Assembly: GCA_049512075.1 (NCBI GenBank)
Contig: JBEKXL010000009.1
Location: forward strand, 27,967 to 91,966
Length of the DNA: 64,000 bases
Source: Candidatus Bathyarchaeia archaeon
GTDB taxonomy: Archaea > Thermoproteota > Bathyarchaeia > Bathyarchaeales > Bathycorpusculaceae
Reading direction: 5' to 3'
Below the pieces are notes generated by a model that worked only from the letters and a program-made list of their open reading frames with translations, had not been told where the DNA came from and ran no database searches. A program made the position numbers and the translations under genes. Below, in pieces: positions 9,628 through 20,137 of this stretch; position 1 is the stretch's first letter, and each line of letters opens with the position of its first letter.

Positions 9628-10698
9628 GTGCTGGTCTTGGTCAGAAGATTGAAAAACAAGAGAGATAAATGGCAAGCAGCTCGATGGGACAAAAATCACC
9701 AAATCATCAAGAAAATAATCGACGAAAGATATCTTAGGCATGCTTTTTCAGTTTCCGACATCATGGAGTCACTGAAGGAGAAAGTTGAGGGGACCAATCG
9801 CAATCATGCAGCCGATGAAGGATGGATTGATGAGGGGGTTCCAAGTCGACAAACAGTTCACGCACACCTGAAACAGTTTGTTAGCGAGGGAGAAATAACA
9901 TGGATTAGAAGAGGTGAATACTCATCGAAAACCGTATCCGAAGCCCTAAAAGAGCACCTTGGCAGGGACTCGTATGACTTACTTGACTGGTTCATGGATC
10001 AATTACAAAGCTATAATGTTCCACCTGAACTTCTGGCTGAGGGCAGGACCCTACTACAGAAGCATCTACTGTTCCTAGGCGGCGTACATATTTTCCTTGA
10101 AGATTTTCTCTTTAAGGAATTAGAAAGCCAGTTACCATTGGCCAGTGCGTTAATCATGGTGCTAGGAACTAAAGGAGAAACTGGAGAGAGGCAAGACATA
10201 AGGAGGCTTGCCAGCCTTGGTGTTCCCTCCAACTTGACTATACGTATGCACGCGAGCTATGGAAGACCTGAACCTCTAAAAGTTGGAAATGGGACAGTGT
10301 ATGGCGAGACTTGGAAGGACGCGGCTGCCAGCCTCAATCCCGTCATTTTTAACGTCACTATCGCTGCTTGTTGCGCGGAAATATCTCTTGGAAGACTGTA
10401 TGAAAGAGTCGGCAAAGAAGCGCCTAGGCTTTTCCTAGGCAGGATGGTGATGGGTGAAGGAAGAGAAGCCCTTCAAAAAACAGCGAATGACGTACTCAAA
10501 ATCGCGTCATGGTGGATTAATGAAATCTCTAGCTATATACCTGCAAGTGGAGTGCTCCAGCTCCTGACTGTTCTCTTGATCTACAACACACGAACGTTCA
10601 AACAAGCGTTGGCGAAGATACCCCCAGACTGCAATATCCACGCGCCCCTCAATGTGGGACCGCAAGAAAAGGTTCAAAAAAGAGGCGAGAAAGAATGA
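9628..10698 (+). CDS. Protein with N-terminal winged-helix domain (putative regulator)
   Basis: PSRQTVHAHLKQFVSEGEITWIRRGEY; divergent from the AbrB-topoisomerase operon. Confidence 0.6.
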   Translation: MLVLVRRLKNKRDKWQAARWDKNHQIIKKIIDERYLRHAFSVSDIMESLKEKVEGTNRNHAADEGWIDEGVPSRQTVHAHLKQFVSEGEITWIRRGEYSSKTVSEALKEHLGRDSYDLLDWFMDQLQSYNVPPELLAEGRTLLQKHLLFLGGVHIFLEDFLFKELESQLPLASALIMVLGTKGETGERQDIRRLASLGVPSNLTIRMHASYGRPEPLKVGNGTVYGETWKDAAASLNPVIFNVTIAACCAEISLGRLYERVGKEAPRLFLGRMVMGEGREALQKTANDVLKIASWWINEISSYIPASGVLQLLTVLLIYNTRTFKQALAKIPPDCNIHAPLNVGPQEKVQKRGEKE

Positions 10699-10755
10699 AG
10701 AGACAGTCTTACAATCCAATACGAGGGCACATGGTGGTGGGACCTGTTCTGGGGG

Positions 10756-11157
10756 CTATTGAGGCATGGGTTCAGGTTTAGGTTTCAATCCTTCGGCCTC
10801 AACCTTCTTTGTCAATTCTTCTTGGGCAATTCTTCCAGAGTCATGCTTGGCTATTTGAAAGGCGAGTTCCCAGAGGGCCTTGGCGATGGGACTTTCAGTG
10901 TTCAGTTTGACCATCACAGCCCTTCCTATCCGTCTGGTTTTGACGGCTAAACCATACTCTTCCAGTATCGGCCAGGCCCTGTAGAGCGTCTTCCAGGCTA
11001 CGCCGCTGTTTCTGCTTATCTCAACCTTTGAATAGTCAAAGTCTTTGTACAGGGTTAAGAAATCCAGAAGCTTTGCTGTTGCTGAATCCGGGAAAAGCTT
11101 GCGTAACGTGGCTGGGTTCGCCTCTTCCGACTCTTTGATTCTTTCCATTAATTTCAC
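10756..11157 (-). CDS. Winged-helix (ArsR/MarR-like) regulator
   Basis: LLDFL..FDYSKVEISRNSGVAWKTLY...LEEYGLAVKTRRIGRA..KLN. Confidence 0.7.
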   Translation of the reverse strand: MKLMERIKESEEANPATLRKLFPDSATAKLLDFLTLYKDFDYSKVEISRNSGVAWKTLYRAWPILEEYGLAVKTRRIGRAVMVKLNTESPIAKALWELAFQIAKHDSGRIAQEELTKKVEAEGLKPKPEPMPQ

Positions 11158-11293
11158 CTTTAGACTTGATTACTAGCGCGCGCTACTAACTAACTATTAA
11201 CTACTCATTTGACATATTTAAAGTTTATTTTTGACACATCAATGTGTCATGCATTCACAACGCTTAAATCCACAGGAAAGAGAAGGAAAGTTG

Positions 11294-11539
11294 ATGGACA
11301 AAATCGCAAAAACGGTTCTTGAAAAGCTCCTCAGACACGGATACGTCGGCGGCCGTCATACGGCGTTGGAGAACCTACCGAAAGGTTTTCCAAGACATGA
11401 TTACGGAGAAGTTATGGAGACAGCTGAGGACTTGATAAGACAAGGCCTAATAATTCTTAAACCAACAGGCTATGGCACGCAAGTTTCACTGGATCCTCAT
11501 AGAATGGCCGAGATAGAGAGAATAATAAACGACCCATGA
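11294..11539 (+). CDS. Small archaeal winged-helix protein (GGRHT..KGFP..KPTGYG family)
   Basis: Motif pattern recalled from small archaeal wHTH proteins; divergent partner of 10756-11157. Confidence 0.6.
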   Translation: MDKIAKTVLEKLLRHGYVGGRHTALENLPKGFPRHDYGEVMETAEDLIRQGLIILKPTGYGTQVSLDPHRMAEIERIINDP

Positions 11540-11581
11540 TATGGTGGCGCGGGCGCTCAACCTTCAGCGTTTTGCACCCCT

Positions 11582-12136
11582 TCACCATCTCAATCTTTCA
11601 TGGATTTTCGCCGCTTCTTTGAAAGTCACGGTTTCAATCTTGTCCTCTTGATTCTTACCCACCCTTCCTGAAGGTTTTGGCTCCTCTCGACTGCGAATTT
11701 CCCGCGCCAATTTGACACATCGCAAGAAAATTTCTTCCCCGGTTTTCTTTCGGAACCTACGTCTAGAACGAGGCCTCAACCTGACGGCTACGCCCAAAGA
11801 CTCAACAACCTCACTGGACCCTTCCCAGAAGAGCCCGGCCGCAGTTTCGAGAATTGATTCTTTCATAAGGTCGCCGATCAGCAACTCAGCTTCACGCTTG
11901 TTTACACCGAAACATAAGAGAGCCTCAACTAACTCGACCTTCTTGAATGAGCCAAGCAGCCTCGAGCGCAGTTGTCGAACCAGCATACTTTTTCCACATT
12001 CTGGGCAGACAGCTCCCCAGTCGCCGTTCGCCGAAATCTGCCAAGGAAGAACCCTTCTCCAGAACTTACAAAGTACGCATTCGGTGCCAAACTGAGGCGG
12101 GTTTAGAGCCATCAACTGACTCTCTTCAAAACTCAT
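11582..12136 (-). CDS. Zn-ribbon / wHTH-like hypothetical protein
   Basis: CVLC...CPEC; ATGA overlap with the NTPase stop codon. Confidence 0.6.
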   Translation of the reverse strand: MSFEESQLMALNPPQFGTECVLCKFWRRVLPWQISANGDWGAVCPECGKSMLVRQLRSRLLGSFKKVELVEALLCFGVNKREAELLIGDLMKESILETAAGLFWEGSSEVVESLGVAVRLRPRSRRRFRKKTGEEIFLRCVKLAREIRSREEPKPSGRVGKNQEDKIETVTFKEAAKIHERLRW

Positions 12137-13833
12137 GTTGAACGACCTCCTGTTGATGGCTCCGGTCCGTTTCCAGGCCTCTGCAGCTTCTTCCCGAGCT
12201 CCAGGCCACAGCGGTCGCATAGGAACCCCCATGAATTGTCGAATTTGTTGATTTGCCAGTCCATGCGTCCTTGAAAGCCGCATACGATACATTTGTCCTC
12301 AAACAGTCCGGTGAGGGGCTTCAGTGATAGAGTTTCTTTAGCTAATCCTTCCAGATTAACGCCACTTACGTCACTTACGCCACTTTTCACAGTGTTTTGA
12401 CTCTCTCCAGTATCTGGCATAGAAAGCTTTTCGCCACTAACGCCACTGGAAACCTCTTCCTTCTGTACCTCTTTTTCCGTAAGTAGGGGCGTTAGTTGCG
12501 TTTGTGGCGTTTGTGGCGTTGTTTTAGGAGTCAAGTATCTGTTTTTGAGTCTTTCTATAAGGTCAACGTTCCAGTAGAAGCCTCTGAGCCCACCGGTCAA
12601 CTTGCATTTTTCAAACCCAAGAGCTGAGACTCGACGACCTATGAATCTGGCTGTAACCTGCTCTTTTTCTGGCAATCCCACATTAAACCTTTCAGTCACG
12701 GTTCTGACGCTGAGTTTTCCGCTGTCAACCTGGTCCGCGCTGTTGAGAATGGCCTCAAACACTTGCGCTTCTATGCTCACTTGTTCCTCATCGAACCTGG
12801 TTTGAGTGATGCTCTTCATACATTGAATCAGCCAATCCCGGATCTCTTGAGTAGGAGCTACCTCGAGGAGAGAGACGAAAAGCTCTACAACCCGGCTGTT
12901 GGTGAACTGGCCATTCAACGTTTGAACGTCAAACTCAGATTTTACGCCCAAGTTTCTGAACCGGTAGAACAGCAGTTTGTTTCTGAGGTCCTGAGCCCTT
13001 TTCTCATCAATGAACAAGGGCATATGCTTCACGTTTCTGCTCATACTGGTTAAGATGTTGCGGCTCTGAAGAGTAGCAGCCAGCTCCTCTGTTCCAGCAA
13101 GGATTTTGGCTCCAAACGTGTCAAACATGGCTATTTGAGGCACTTCTCCCTCGAGTTTTTCAATGCGAATAGCATATTGGCCTCGTCGGTATCCAGCGTT
13201 CAGAAGTGCCAAGACCTCAATCATGCTTTCCCGATTATAGATTTCACTTTCATCAAGCAATAGGGTGCAGCGCCATGCTTCAAGAGTTCTGAAGATTGAT
13301 GCGGCACTCATACTTGAGGCCATGAGAGCTCTATAACAAAGAAAAGCGAAGCACTCTAAGGCTCTCGTTTTACCACTGCTTAACGGTCCGAGAAAGAACA
13401 AGTATGGCACAACCTTAAAATCCTCGATTCTCCAGCTCATCAACACAAACGCTGTGTAGACGTCGTAGAGTAGAGGACTTCTGACGTCAAGATGGTCGAC
13501 AAAGAAGGCTTTAACCTCATTGTAGAGCTCTTCAATTGTTCCATACTCTCCCTGGAACTGTTCAGCCTTGAGTTTTTCGATGAGCTGCTGTTTTGTCAAC
13601 GGATCCTCTGATTCTACAGTTTTCGGGAGAGAACAGAGTCTCCAGGGAATTTTAAGCAAGGGTGCATAGCCTTTTCCATCATAAACAACCAGTCCTTGCG
13701 TTGAAATTTTGCGGTCTATTCGGTCATAAAAAAGAAACTGGAAACCGTCTATTTGCTCGAATATAACGTCGTCACGTGTCAGGCCAGGCGTTGGGATCGG
13801 CTTTTCCTTTTCCTCATCATCACCCTTAGTCAT
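12133..13833 (-). CDS. P-loop NTPase, replication helicase-like (DUF3631-type) with C-terminal Zn ribbon
   Basis: Walker A GPLSSGKT, Walker B LLLDESE, LLNAGYRRG, C-terminal CIVC..CDRC. Confidence 0.75.
   Translation of the reverse strand: MTKGDDEEKEKPIPTPGLTRDDVIFEQIDGFQFLFYDRIDRKISTQGLVVYDGKGYAPLLKIPWRLCSLPKTVESEDPLTKQQLIEKLKAEQFQGEYGTIEELYNEVKAFFVDHLDVRSPLLYDVYTAFVLMSWRIEDFKVVPYLFFLGPLSSGKTRALECFAFLCYRALMASSMSAASIFRTLEAWRCTLLLDESEIYNRESMIEVLALLNAGYRRGQYAIRIEKLEGEVPQIAMFDTFGAKILAGTEELAATLQSRNILTSMSRNVKHMPLFIDEKRAQDLRNKLLFYRFRNLGVKSEFDVQTLNGQFTNSRVVELFVSLLEVAPTQEIRDWLIQCMKSITQTRFDEEQVSIEAQVFEAILNSADQVDSGKLSVRTVTERFNVGLPEKEQVTARFIGRRVSALGFEKCKLTGGLRGFYWNVDLIERLKNRYLTPKTTPQTPQTQLTPLLTEKEVQKEEVSSGVSGEKLSMPDTGESQNTVKSGVSDVSGVNLEGLAKETLSLKPLTGLFEDKCIVCGFQGRMDWQINKFDNSWGFLCDRCGLELGKKLQRPGNGPEPSTGGRST
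12358..12521. repeat. Iteron cluster 1 (9-bp AACGCCAC(A/T) units) inside the 3' part of the NTPase gene
   Basis: Three forward units 12358-12384, two forward 12431-12447, four reverse 12488-12521. Confidence 0.8.
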
Positions 13834-13882
13834 AGGGACTTGTCACCTCCCGGAAGGTCAGAATGAGTGTGGCTTCTCCAGG

Positions 13883-13973
13883 CAACGCCACAAACGCCAC
13901 AAACGCAACTAACGCCACTATTCATGGAAAATAATGAATAGAAACAACAGTTACCGAGTGGCGTTAGTGACGA
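13883..13973. repeat. Iteron cluster 2, inverted copy of 12431-12521, putative replication origin
   Basis: 13883-13916 is the exact 34-bp reverse complement of 12488-12521; 13957-13973 matches 12431-12447 at 16/17; AT-rich 40-bp spacer. Confidence 0.8.
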
Positions 13974-14017
13974 AATGCCCTCTCCAGCGCCCGCGCTATA
14001 ATTTTCCTTGTCAGACA

Positions 14018-14278
14018 TTACGCACGCCTCGCCTTAGCTTCCTTCTTTCCCTTCAATGGGCAAACATAACCGTCTTGTTGGGGCTCGAAGTTCAGCTCTT
14101 CTTTCTCAGCCTTTTCTAAAACTCGCAACCGCTGTTCGCCATGATGCGTTCCGTGACACCGACAGCGACACCGCTTCTTATCGGATTTTGCGCGATAGCA
14201 ACGAGCGCAACAGAATCCTTTCCAAAGCCTCTCTTGAATTGGCAGTTGTTTGTTTTCCAAGGTTGCTTGAACTTGCAT
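14018..14278 (-). CDS. Small Cys/His-rich Zn-binding protein
   Basis: CCARCYRA..RCRCRCHGTHHG. Confidence 0.55.
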   Translation of the reverse strand: MQVQATLENKQLPIQERLWKGFCCARCYRAKSDKKRCRCRCHGTHHGEQRLRVLEKAEKEELNFEPQQDGYVCPLKGKKEAKARRA

Positions 14279-14280
14279 GG

Positions 14281-14628
14281 TTAAGCCTTCTTTCGCTGTC
14301 GATAGATTTTACCCGAACCGTAAAGCCAATAGGTAAACTCATATTCTGGCCCATAGTACCGAGCGTTTATTGTTGCATTGCTCTGCTGCAGGATGTTGCG
14401 AGCAGTGTTGAATTTTTCGGGAATGTTGTTTTTTTCATAGGCAACCTGGTATGAGCCAATTTTAGCCCCCTCTTGATCCTCAAATTTCAAAGTCGTCAAC
14501 GTTTCTTCCTTCACAGCTAATGTCTGCCTTGCCTCTTTTGGACCCAGCTTTTCTAATCGCTCCTGACAAGCATCTGCAATCATCGTGGCGCCATCCCGGA
14601 CCTTGACGAGAAAATCGATTTCACTCAT
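14281..14628 (-). CDS. Hypothetical protein of the element's replication operon
   Basis: Operon-packed ORF, ATG at 14628. Confidence 0.6.
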   Translation of the reverse strand: MSEIDFLVKVRDGATMIADACQERLEKLGPKEARQTLAVKEETLTTLKFEDQEGAKIGSYQVAYEKNNIPEKFNTARNILQQSNATINARYYGPEYEFTYWLYGSGKIYRQRKKA

Positions 14629-14890
14629 GCGTTTCACTTTCCTGGTTGACTGGTTCAAAACATAGAAACAATCCTGCAAAGCTGTCATACCGCCACACCG
14701 CGGCCAGCTTCTTCAATGCTTCAGCAAATGTTAATCCTTGGCGTCGGGCTTCTCTCTCCACAACCTCTCTCGGAATGCTTGTTTCAACTGTTCGCCCATC
14801 CTTGCCAGTCACTCGCAGCTTGTAGCGTTTGATGATCAGATTTAGATCCTTGGGGTCGAACAATACTTTTTCTTCTTTTGGGGTAATCAT
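14621..14890 (-). CDS. AbrB-like DNA-binding protein
   Basis: YKLRVTGKDGRTVETSIPREVVEREA. Confidence 0.55.
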   Translation of the reverse strand: MITPKEEKVLFDPKDLNLIIKRYKLRVTGKDGRTVETSIPREVVEREARRQGLTFAEALKKLAAVWRYDSFAGLFLCFEPVNQESETHE

Positions 14891-15068
14891 TTATCCCACA
14901 TAGAACAAATATCAACCTTGTACCGGCAATTTGCCTTGAAAACAGAATTTGAAGAGGCTATTGAAACAATTTTTCATGGGAGGAGCCTGTTTTTCAACAT
15001 GCCCACCCGAGAGTATATGAGAAACTCGTTTCGCATGGAAAAACAGATATACTAACGATACGGTATAT

Positions 15069-15857
15069 TTGAGCAGGCGGTCGAATTTGAAAGCGGAGAA
15101 GATACAGGCGGCCAAAAAGAGGATTCTTGCTCTTCTTGGGGAGCTTCCGTATTGGAAAGCAACAACGCTTGAACAGTTCCTTGTACGGAAACAACACGTG
15201 ATGAGCAGAGGAGTCTACGTCAAAGCGATTCTGGATCTGTTGCAATCAGAGGATTTGGTGCAACCTCGTGCTGGTGTCATCTGCCGTTGCGCAGAAAGAC
15301 GCTGCCTCATAGCGCCTGCGCGTTCTGAGGAGCTTTGTGAGGAGAGAAGGGTCGACCTGCTCCTAAATGGAGAACCCATATCATCGCCCGTTGTGACGAA
15401 GACTTGCCGGCACCATTGGGAACTGATTCTGAATGACGGAATGTTTGCGCTAACCTGTTCAGAATGTGAGGGCTCGGTTAGGGCTTGGTGTTCGATGCCA
15501 ACTTGCCTTTCTGACGTCTTGACAGCTGTGGCTCAGCTTCCGGAGGGAAGCGTCAACGAGGAAACAATCAAACAAGCCGCTCAATCAGTCCATCCTCACG
15601 ACAAAGCCTCTGCCTGGGACACGTTCGCAACTATTAAAACGGTTCTCGCCATGAAAAGCGGGCAGCCGAACGAAGCCTTATGGATAAAGTCGAAAATCCT
15701 GTCTAAGTTCCTGGAGATATACAAAAACGAAAGCGGATCCAAAGTGGCTCCGCCCACTACGACCAACTCCTTGGCTATGCTTTCGCGGTCAACTCAGCGC
15801 CGTTTTGGCTTTGCGGTACGTGCCCTGCAGGACCTTCCAGTGTGGTTTCAACCTTGA
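15069..15857 (+). CDS. Hypothetical Cys-rich, possibly DNA-binding protein
   Basis: 262 aa ORF divergent from the replication operon; CRHH..CSEC. Confidence 0.5.
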   Translation: MSRRSNLKAEKIQAAKKRILALLGELPYWKATTLEQFLVRKQHVMSRGVYVKAILDLLQSEDLVQPRAGVICRCAERRCLIAPARSEELCEERRVDLLLNGEPISSPVVTKTCRHHWELILNDGMFALTCSECEGSVRAWCSMPTCLSDVLTAVAQLPEGSVNEETIKQAAQSVHPHDKASAWDTFATIKTVLAMKSGQPNEALWIKSKILSKFLEIYKNESGSKVAPPTTTNSLAMLSRSTQRRFGFAVRALQDLPVWFQP

Positions 15858-17855
15858 AGGCTCTCGACGTCTTCTCCGATCTCTTCAGCGTTATCATTAT
15901 GGGCTGCCCAAAACTCAGACTTCCAATCTCAACAGGTTTGCCGCCCTCGAGTTTCCTGATTTCATCTTCTTCCAACAACACGCGAATTTCATAGACTCCT
16001 GGGATTTTTCTCGCCACTTCTTCATTCCCACACAAGAAATATCGCACTGTAAATATTTCTGAAAAATACTCCATAGCCTCTATGGATGAAATCAATTTCC
16101 GAGAAATAATCTACAGCCTCGTTTGGGGCTTTTGTAGCGAAAAAAACCTCTTTTTTATTTGATCTGCAGCTTGAAGTGTTAGGAATCGTAGAAGCTTGTT
16201 CCAAACGTGCGTTTGTTGAAAAATCCCTCAGTTTGATGTAGTTGTCTCATCTGCCTCGCCTTGTGCACGCGCGTGTTCTTCAGGCTCCGTCATGCATGTT
16301 TTTCGCGTCTTGATTTAGAAAAAGTTTAACTTCTAATTAATTTGGAGCCTAGAATGTTGCTGAAACATGACTCTGCATGCCTCTCACGTATTTCTACCAG
16401 TACACTGATTATTCCAAATTTATTCAGTGCCCTCTATTTGGGCTTGTGTGGACCGTTTTTCGTTCTTTTCTGAAGCTGCGCGTCTGCAGAACACTGATTT
16501 CAGGGAAGATTTTCCACCTTCGGACATTGTTAACCATGCTAACATTGCTAAGTCCGTCAAGGAGTCCCTGCCTCAAACCCTAAGACAGACCACTTTGCGT
16601 CCTAAATCCTGAGCTCAATTTAATCTGAAAAATAAAAGCCTCGTTCAAGTGCCCCAGAATGCCTCTTCCAGTCGAGAAAACACATTGCGAAGGCGTTCAA
16701 AGACTGCAAAATAAGCCTATACACAAGTCTGACCATGTGGTTGATTTTCCTCGAAAAATGTTGGAGATGCACAAGCTTGCAGCTGAGCCCATAGACATCG
16801 TAGTGACAAGCATTCTAACCCCTCAGGAATATTCGGGATTTTATTCTTCCATCCTTTTCCAGCGATTAGAAGACATTTTGATTTTTCCAATTTTATTCCC
16901 GCCATTAATTTGAGGGGCACGCGCCCTCGTTTAGACCGTTTTTCTTCAATTCAAGTATGTGTAGTCAGTCAGCGCTCCCTTCAATCTCGGAATTTCCCTA
17001 TAGAAACCTCGCTCTTCAATCAGGGTCCCTTTGGAGAGCACGACTTTTCCGCTCTCTTCAAACAGAGTTTCCCGTTGAAGGGCACGAAAAACGGCTCCTT
17101 TGAATCAGGAAAATCCCCGTTTTATTTTTGTTGAAAAATCAAACAGTCCTTTCCCCAGCTCCAGACGTCACTTGAGAACTATAATACTTCTTTAGGTCGA
17201 TAGACAACAATCTTTCCGAATGGGGATCCTTTGTCGCGACCCTACCGTGCAGTCAAACTTGTCTTTGAAGTTGTCAACAATAGGCGAAACAGTCGCTTGG
17301 TATGTCATTTGGCGCTCCCTTGGATCCAAAAAAGAAACTGCTGCGTCCTATAGTTTCGCATTGCCTTGGGACAACTTCGAGGAAGAAGCGCGCGCGGTAC
17401 GTCCAAACATTTTCGAGAGGAAAATCAAATCCAGTTCCAAGTCGTGCATGTGTGCAGGTGAGCTGCGGAAGCAGTCGATAGACCTCCAGATCCAATGGAC
17501 GAAGAGTAGAAGACTCAAATAATAGAGAGTCACGCGTACGCTAAAGCCGAAGACCCGAAGGGGCAGGGTCCAAAGAGAATTGAAATGAATCGAAGGTTCA
17601 GAGACACGAGAGAGCATGGAAACAGCGCACGCATATGGACTGAGAAAGACCCTCAGGCGATGGACTGAAAGCATGGCTAGCCTTAGAATCGTGGCTAACG
17701 TGGCTTGCTTGAGCTCTGAAGAAAGAAGTTCTAGGATTCTGCAACGTGCCTTTGGGAAGAATGGATTCAATGTTCTGTTATTGCAGCACGATATTTATTT
17801 AGTGTGGAAGGAGCTTGTATGGTCGTTTTTTCCAGGTTCTGGGGGACGATGAATT

Positions 17856-18107
17856 TTGCATAAGGCCGGGTTCACAGAGCGCGAAATGAAGCTGCTAGAG
17901 ACGTTTGAAGAGCTCATCGAAAGTGGTATGCGAGAGAACTTCATCAACGCGGCTGCCGTCGAGCTGAAGCTGAGTCCTGTGACCATAAGGACCCGGCTTT
18001 CCAGGATGAGGAGTAAATACAACCAATGCAAGGAGTTTATGGCCGAGTACCGGGGGTGGCAACAGCGACTCTATCAGAAAACAGGCGGCAGATTCCATAA
18101 TCTCTAA
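17856..18107 (+). CDS. Small HTH protein
   Basis: INAAAVELKLSPVTIRTRLSR. Confidence 0.65.
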   Translation: MHKAGFTEREMKLLETFEELIESGMRENFINAAAVELKLSPVTIRTRLSRMRSKYNQCKEFMAEYRGWQQRLYQKTGGRFHNL

Positions 18108-18565
18108 TGCTCATGAAGGCCAACAGCACAATGACTCTGCATGATTTAGCTATCCAATGGGTAGCGGAAAGGACTCGCGGCATCATAACTCATAGACGCG
18201 TTGGCGAAAGGAGAGTAGTTGCAAAGAGTGACTGCGCCAGTGATGACTATCCATTGACATGGAATTTCGCGCCTCCGTTACTTGCTTCTTTTGAAATTGG
18301 ACACCTTGAGCCTGATGTGATTCAGACCAACCGACAAGGACAGGGTCGGACCTTGCATGAAGTCGAAGTCTTGGGATTACGCGAACAGAAAATTCATCAA
18401 TATGGCTCTGCTAAAAAGGACAAGGTTCTTTGGATCGTTTTGCCCAGAGGCACATCTGATGTCTTCAACATTCATTTTATAGAGCCAACTGATGGAGAAG
18501 GTACGTTCAAGGAACTTGGGACAGTGAAGAAAAAACAGACTCTTGATGAGTTGATTGAAGAATGA
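18107..18565 (+). CDS. Putative PD-(D/E)xK-fold nuclease
   Basis: EPDVI-x-LHEVE motif; coupled to the HTH gene. Confidence 0.5.
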   Translation: MLMKANSTMTLHDLAIQWVAERTRGIITHRRVGERRVVAKSDCASDDYPLTWNFAPPLLASFEIGHLEPDVIQTNRQGQGRTLHEVEVLGLREQKIHQYGSAKKDKVLWIVLPRGTSDVFNIHFIEPTDGEGTFKELGTVKKKQTLDELIEE

Positions 18566-20137
18566 CTCAACTCCTCTGAGTCTTACTTTCACCCGATTAT
18601 TATTCGGCAATAATTCCGAACATGAGTCCTCAGGTCGACGCTACGCATCTGTTCAACGTGAGTCTTCTATTCGCCGGCCGCAATCGCGACAATAATAATG
18701 CGAGAGAGAAAACTCACGGCATTTCAGAAGCGAAAAGGGGTCACCTGATTTTTCCGAAATAATTCCAACGACCTTTCCAAGATGAAAAACGAGGCAGGCC
18801 GGCGTGTTAACATCTTTCTAGCCCTGCCCACTGAAACAGTAGGCTCATGCTTCTGCCACGCTTGCGTTGTAGCGTCATGGTACTCTATTGTGTTCTTTGT
18901 CAACCTCTGGCCAAAGGCGTCATTAAAGAACGGGATCCACGGCCTGCCGGGGCTTCTTGTCTGCTTTTTGATGTCTTGAATTAATTTGGAAAAATAATTA
19001 GGCTTCTTCTTCCCCTTTCCTAACAAGGAACTCATGAAAGCAACGCGCGACGGACTTTGTCAGAGGGGAGAGTTCATCAGAGTTCGTCAGGGTTAGCATC
19101 TCAAATGGTGTGGTCTCAGACCAGGAGCTGCCCTGACCCATCATATCATTCTGCGTTTCTGCTTTGCCCGACTGCTGCGAACTCTTCATAAGTCTTTGGC
19201 TATGTATCCAGAGCGTTTCCCTCCTTACAGAATTGCGAAATCATTTTTCAAGAAATATTCCAGGTGGGTTTACTGATAGGTTTTGCCTTGCCTCGGTCCA
19301 GAAAACACGCGCATTACCACACTTCAGCTCTCTCGAGTTGAGTATTGTGCTCGTGGCCTTCGTGGCCGGCAGTGCAGATAGAGATCCTGTATCGAAGGGA
19401 GAGGGTTCCCCTATGACTGATTGCCAGGCTAGTTGCTGGCCTAATCACCGGGACCCGTGTTGAAGAACTGAAGCCGCCTCACTTCCTTGAATGAGTTCTC
19501 CTGGCCAGCGCGCGCCTGGTCCATCAGCAGCCCGGAAGTCCCAACCCCAAGCTGCGCTGCCCTTCTCATATTGTTTCTCGCCCAGTTTCTTGCCCTTCCA
19601 GAGGGTGTTGCATGTTGTGGATTTTTCACCGGAAAATATTTTGGGTTCAGACGCCCTGTCAGCGCCAGGAAAAACTTTGGGCTCGCACTCTTTGACCGCT
19701 TGAAACCCCCGTGAATTTTCTAGTTGCCCAATGTATAAACTATGGAAAACTTGGTCAATATCCGGGTGTATCAACTGCGCTTTTTACGTTAAAAGCGCAT
19801 TTCCATGGTCTTATTTCTAAAAGCGGTTTTCATGGTGGCGGTTTCTCTGCCCTGCTGTTTAATTAAAGATCTATCTATCGATGTGTTCAAACGCGAAAAA
19901 TGCCTGCGGTAATGGTGGGTCGTTCTAAAGGAAAATCGTTAAGAAGGAAGGGCGTGTTTATGCTACGTCGCACGCGCCACGTCATAGGGACCAAGGAGTA
20001 TCAGCGTTCTACTTGTTTGTTTCTTTATTGTTTCTTTTCCTCTCCCTTGCCCTTGAAGAGCGCCCAAACATATTACGGGAAAGGGAGTAGGCAGCCTATG
20101 AACGTCAGATTCCCCGTCTTGGTGCCCCTAAACGTGC

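Noticed and set aside
12358-13973. Short repeats as a CRISPR array
   Set aside because: Units are 9 bp and contiguous with no unique spacers, and no cas genes are present.
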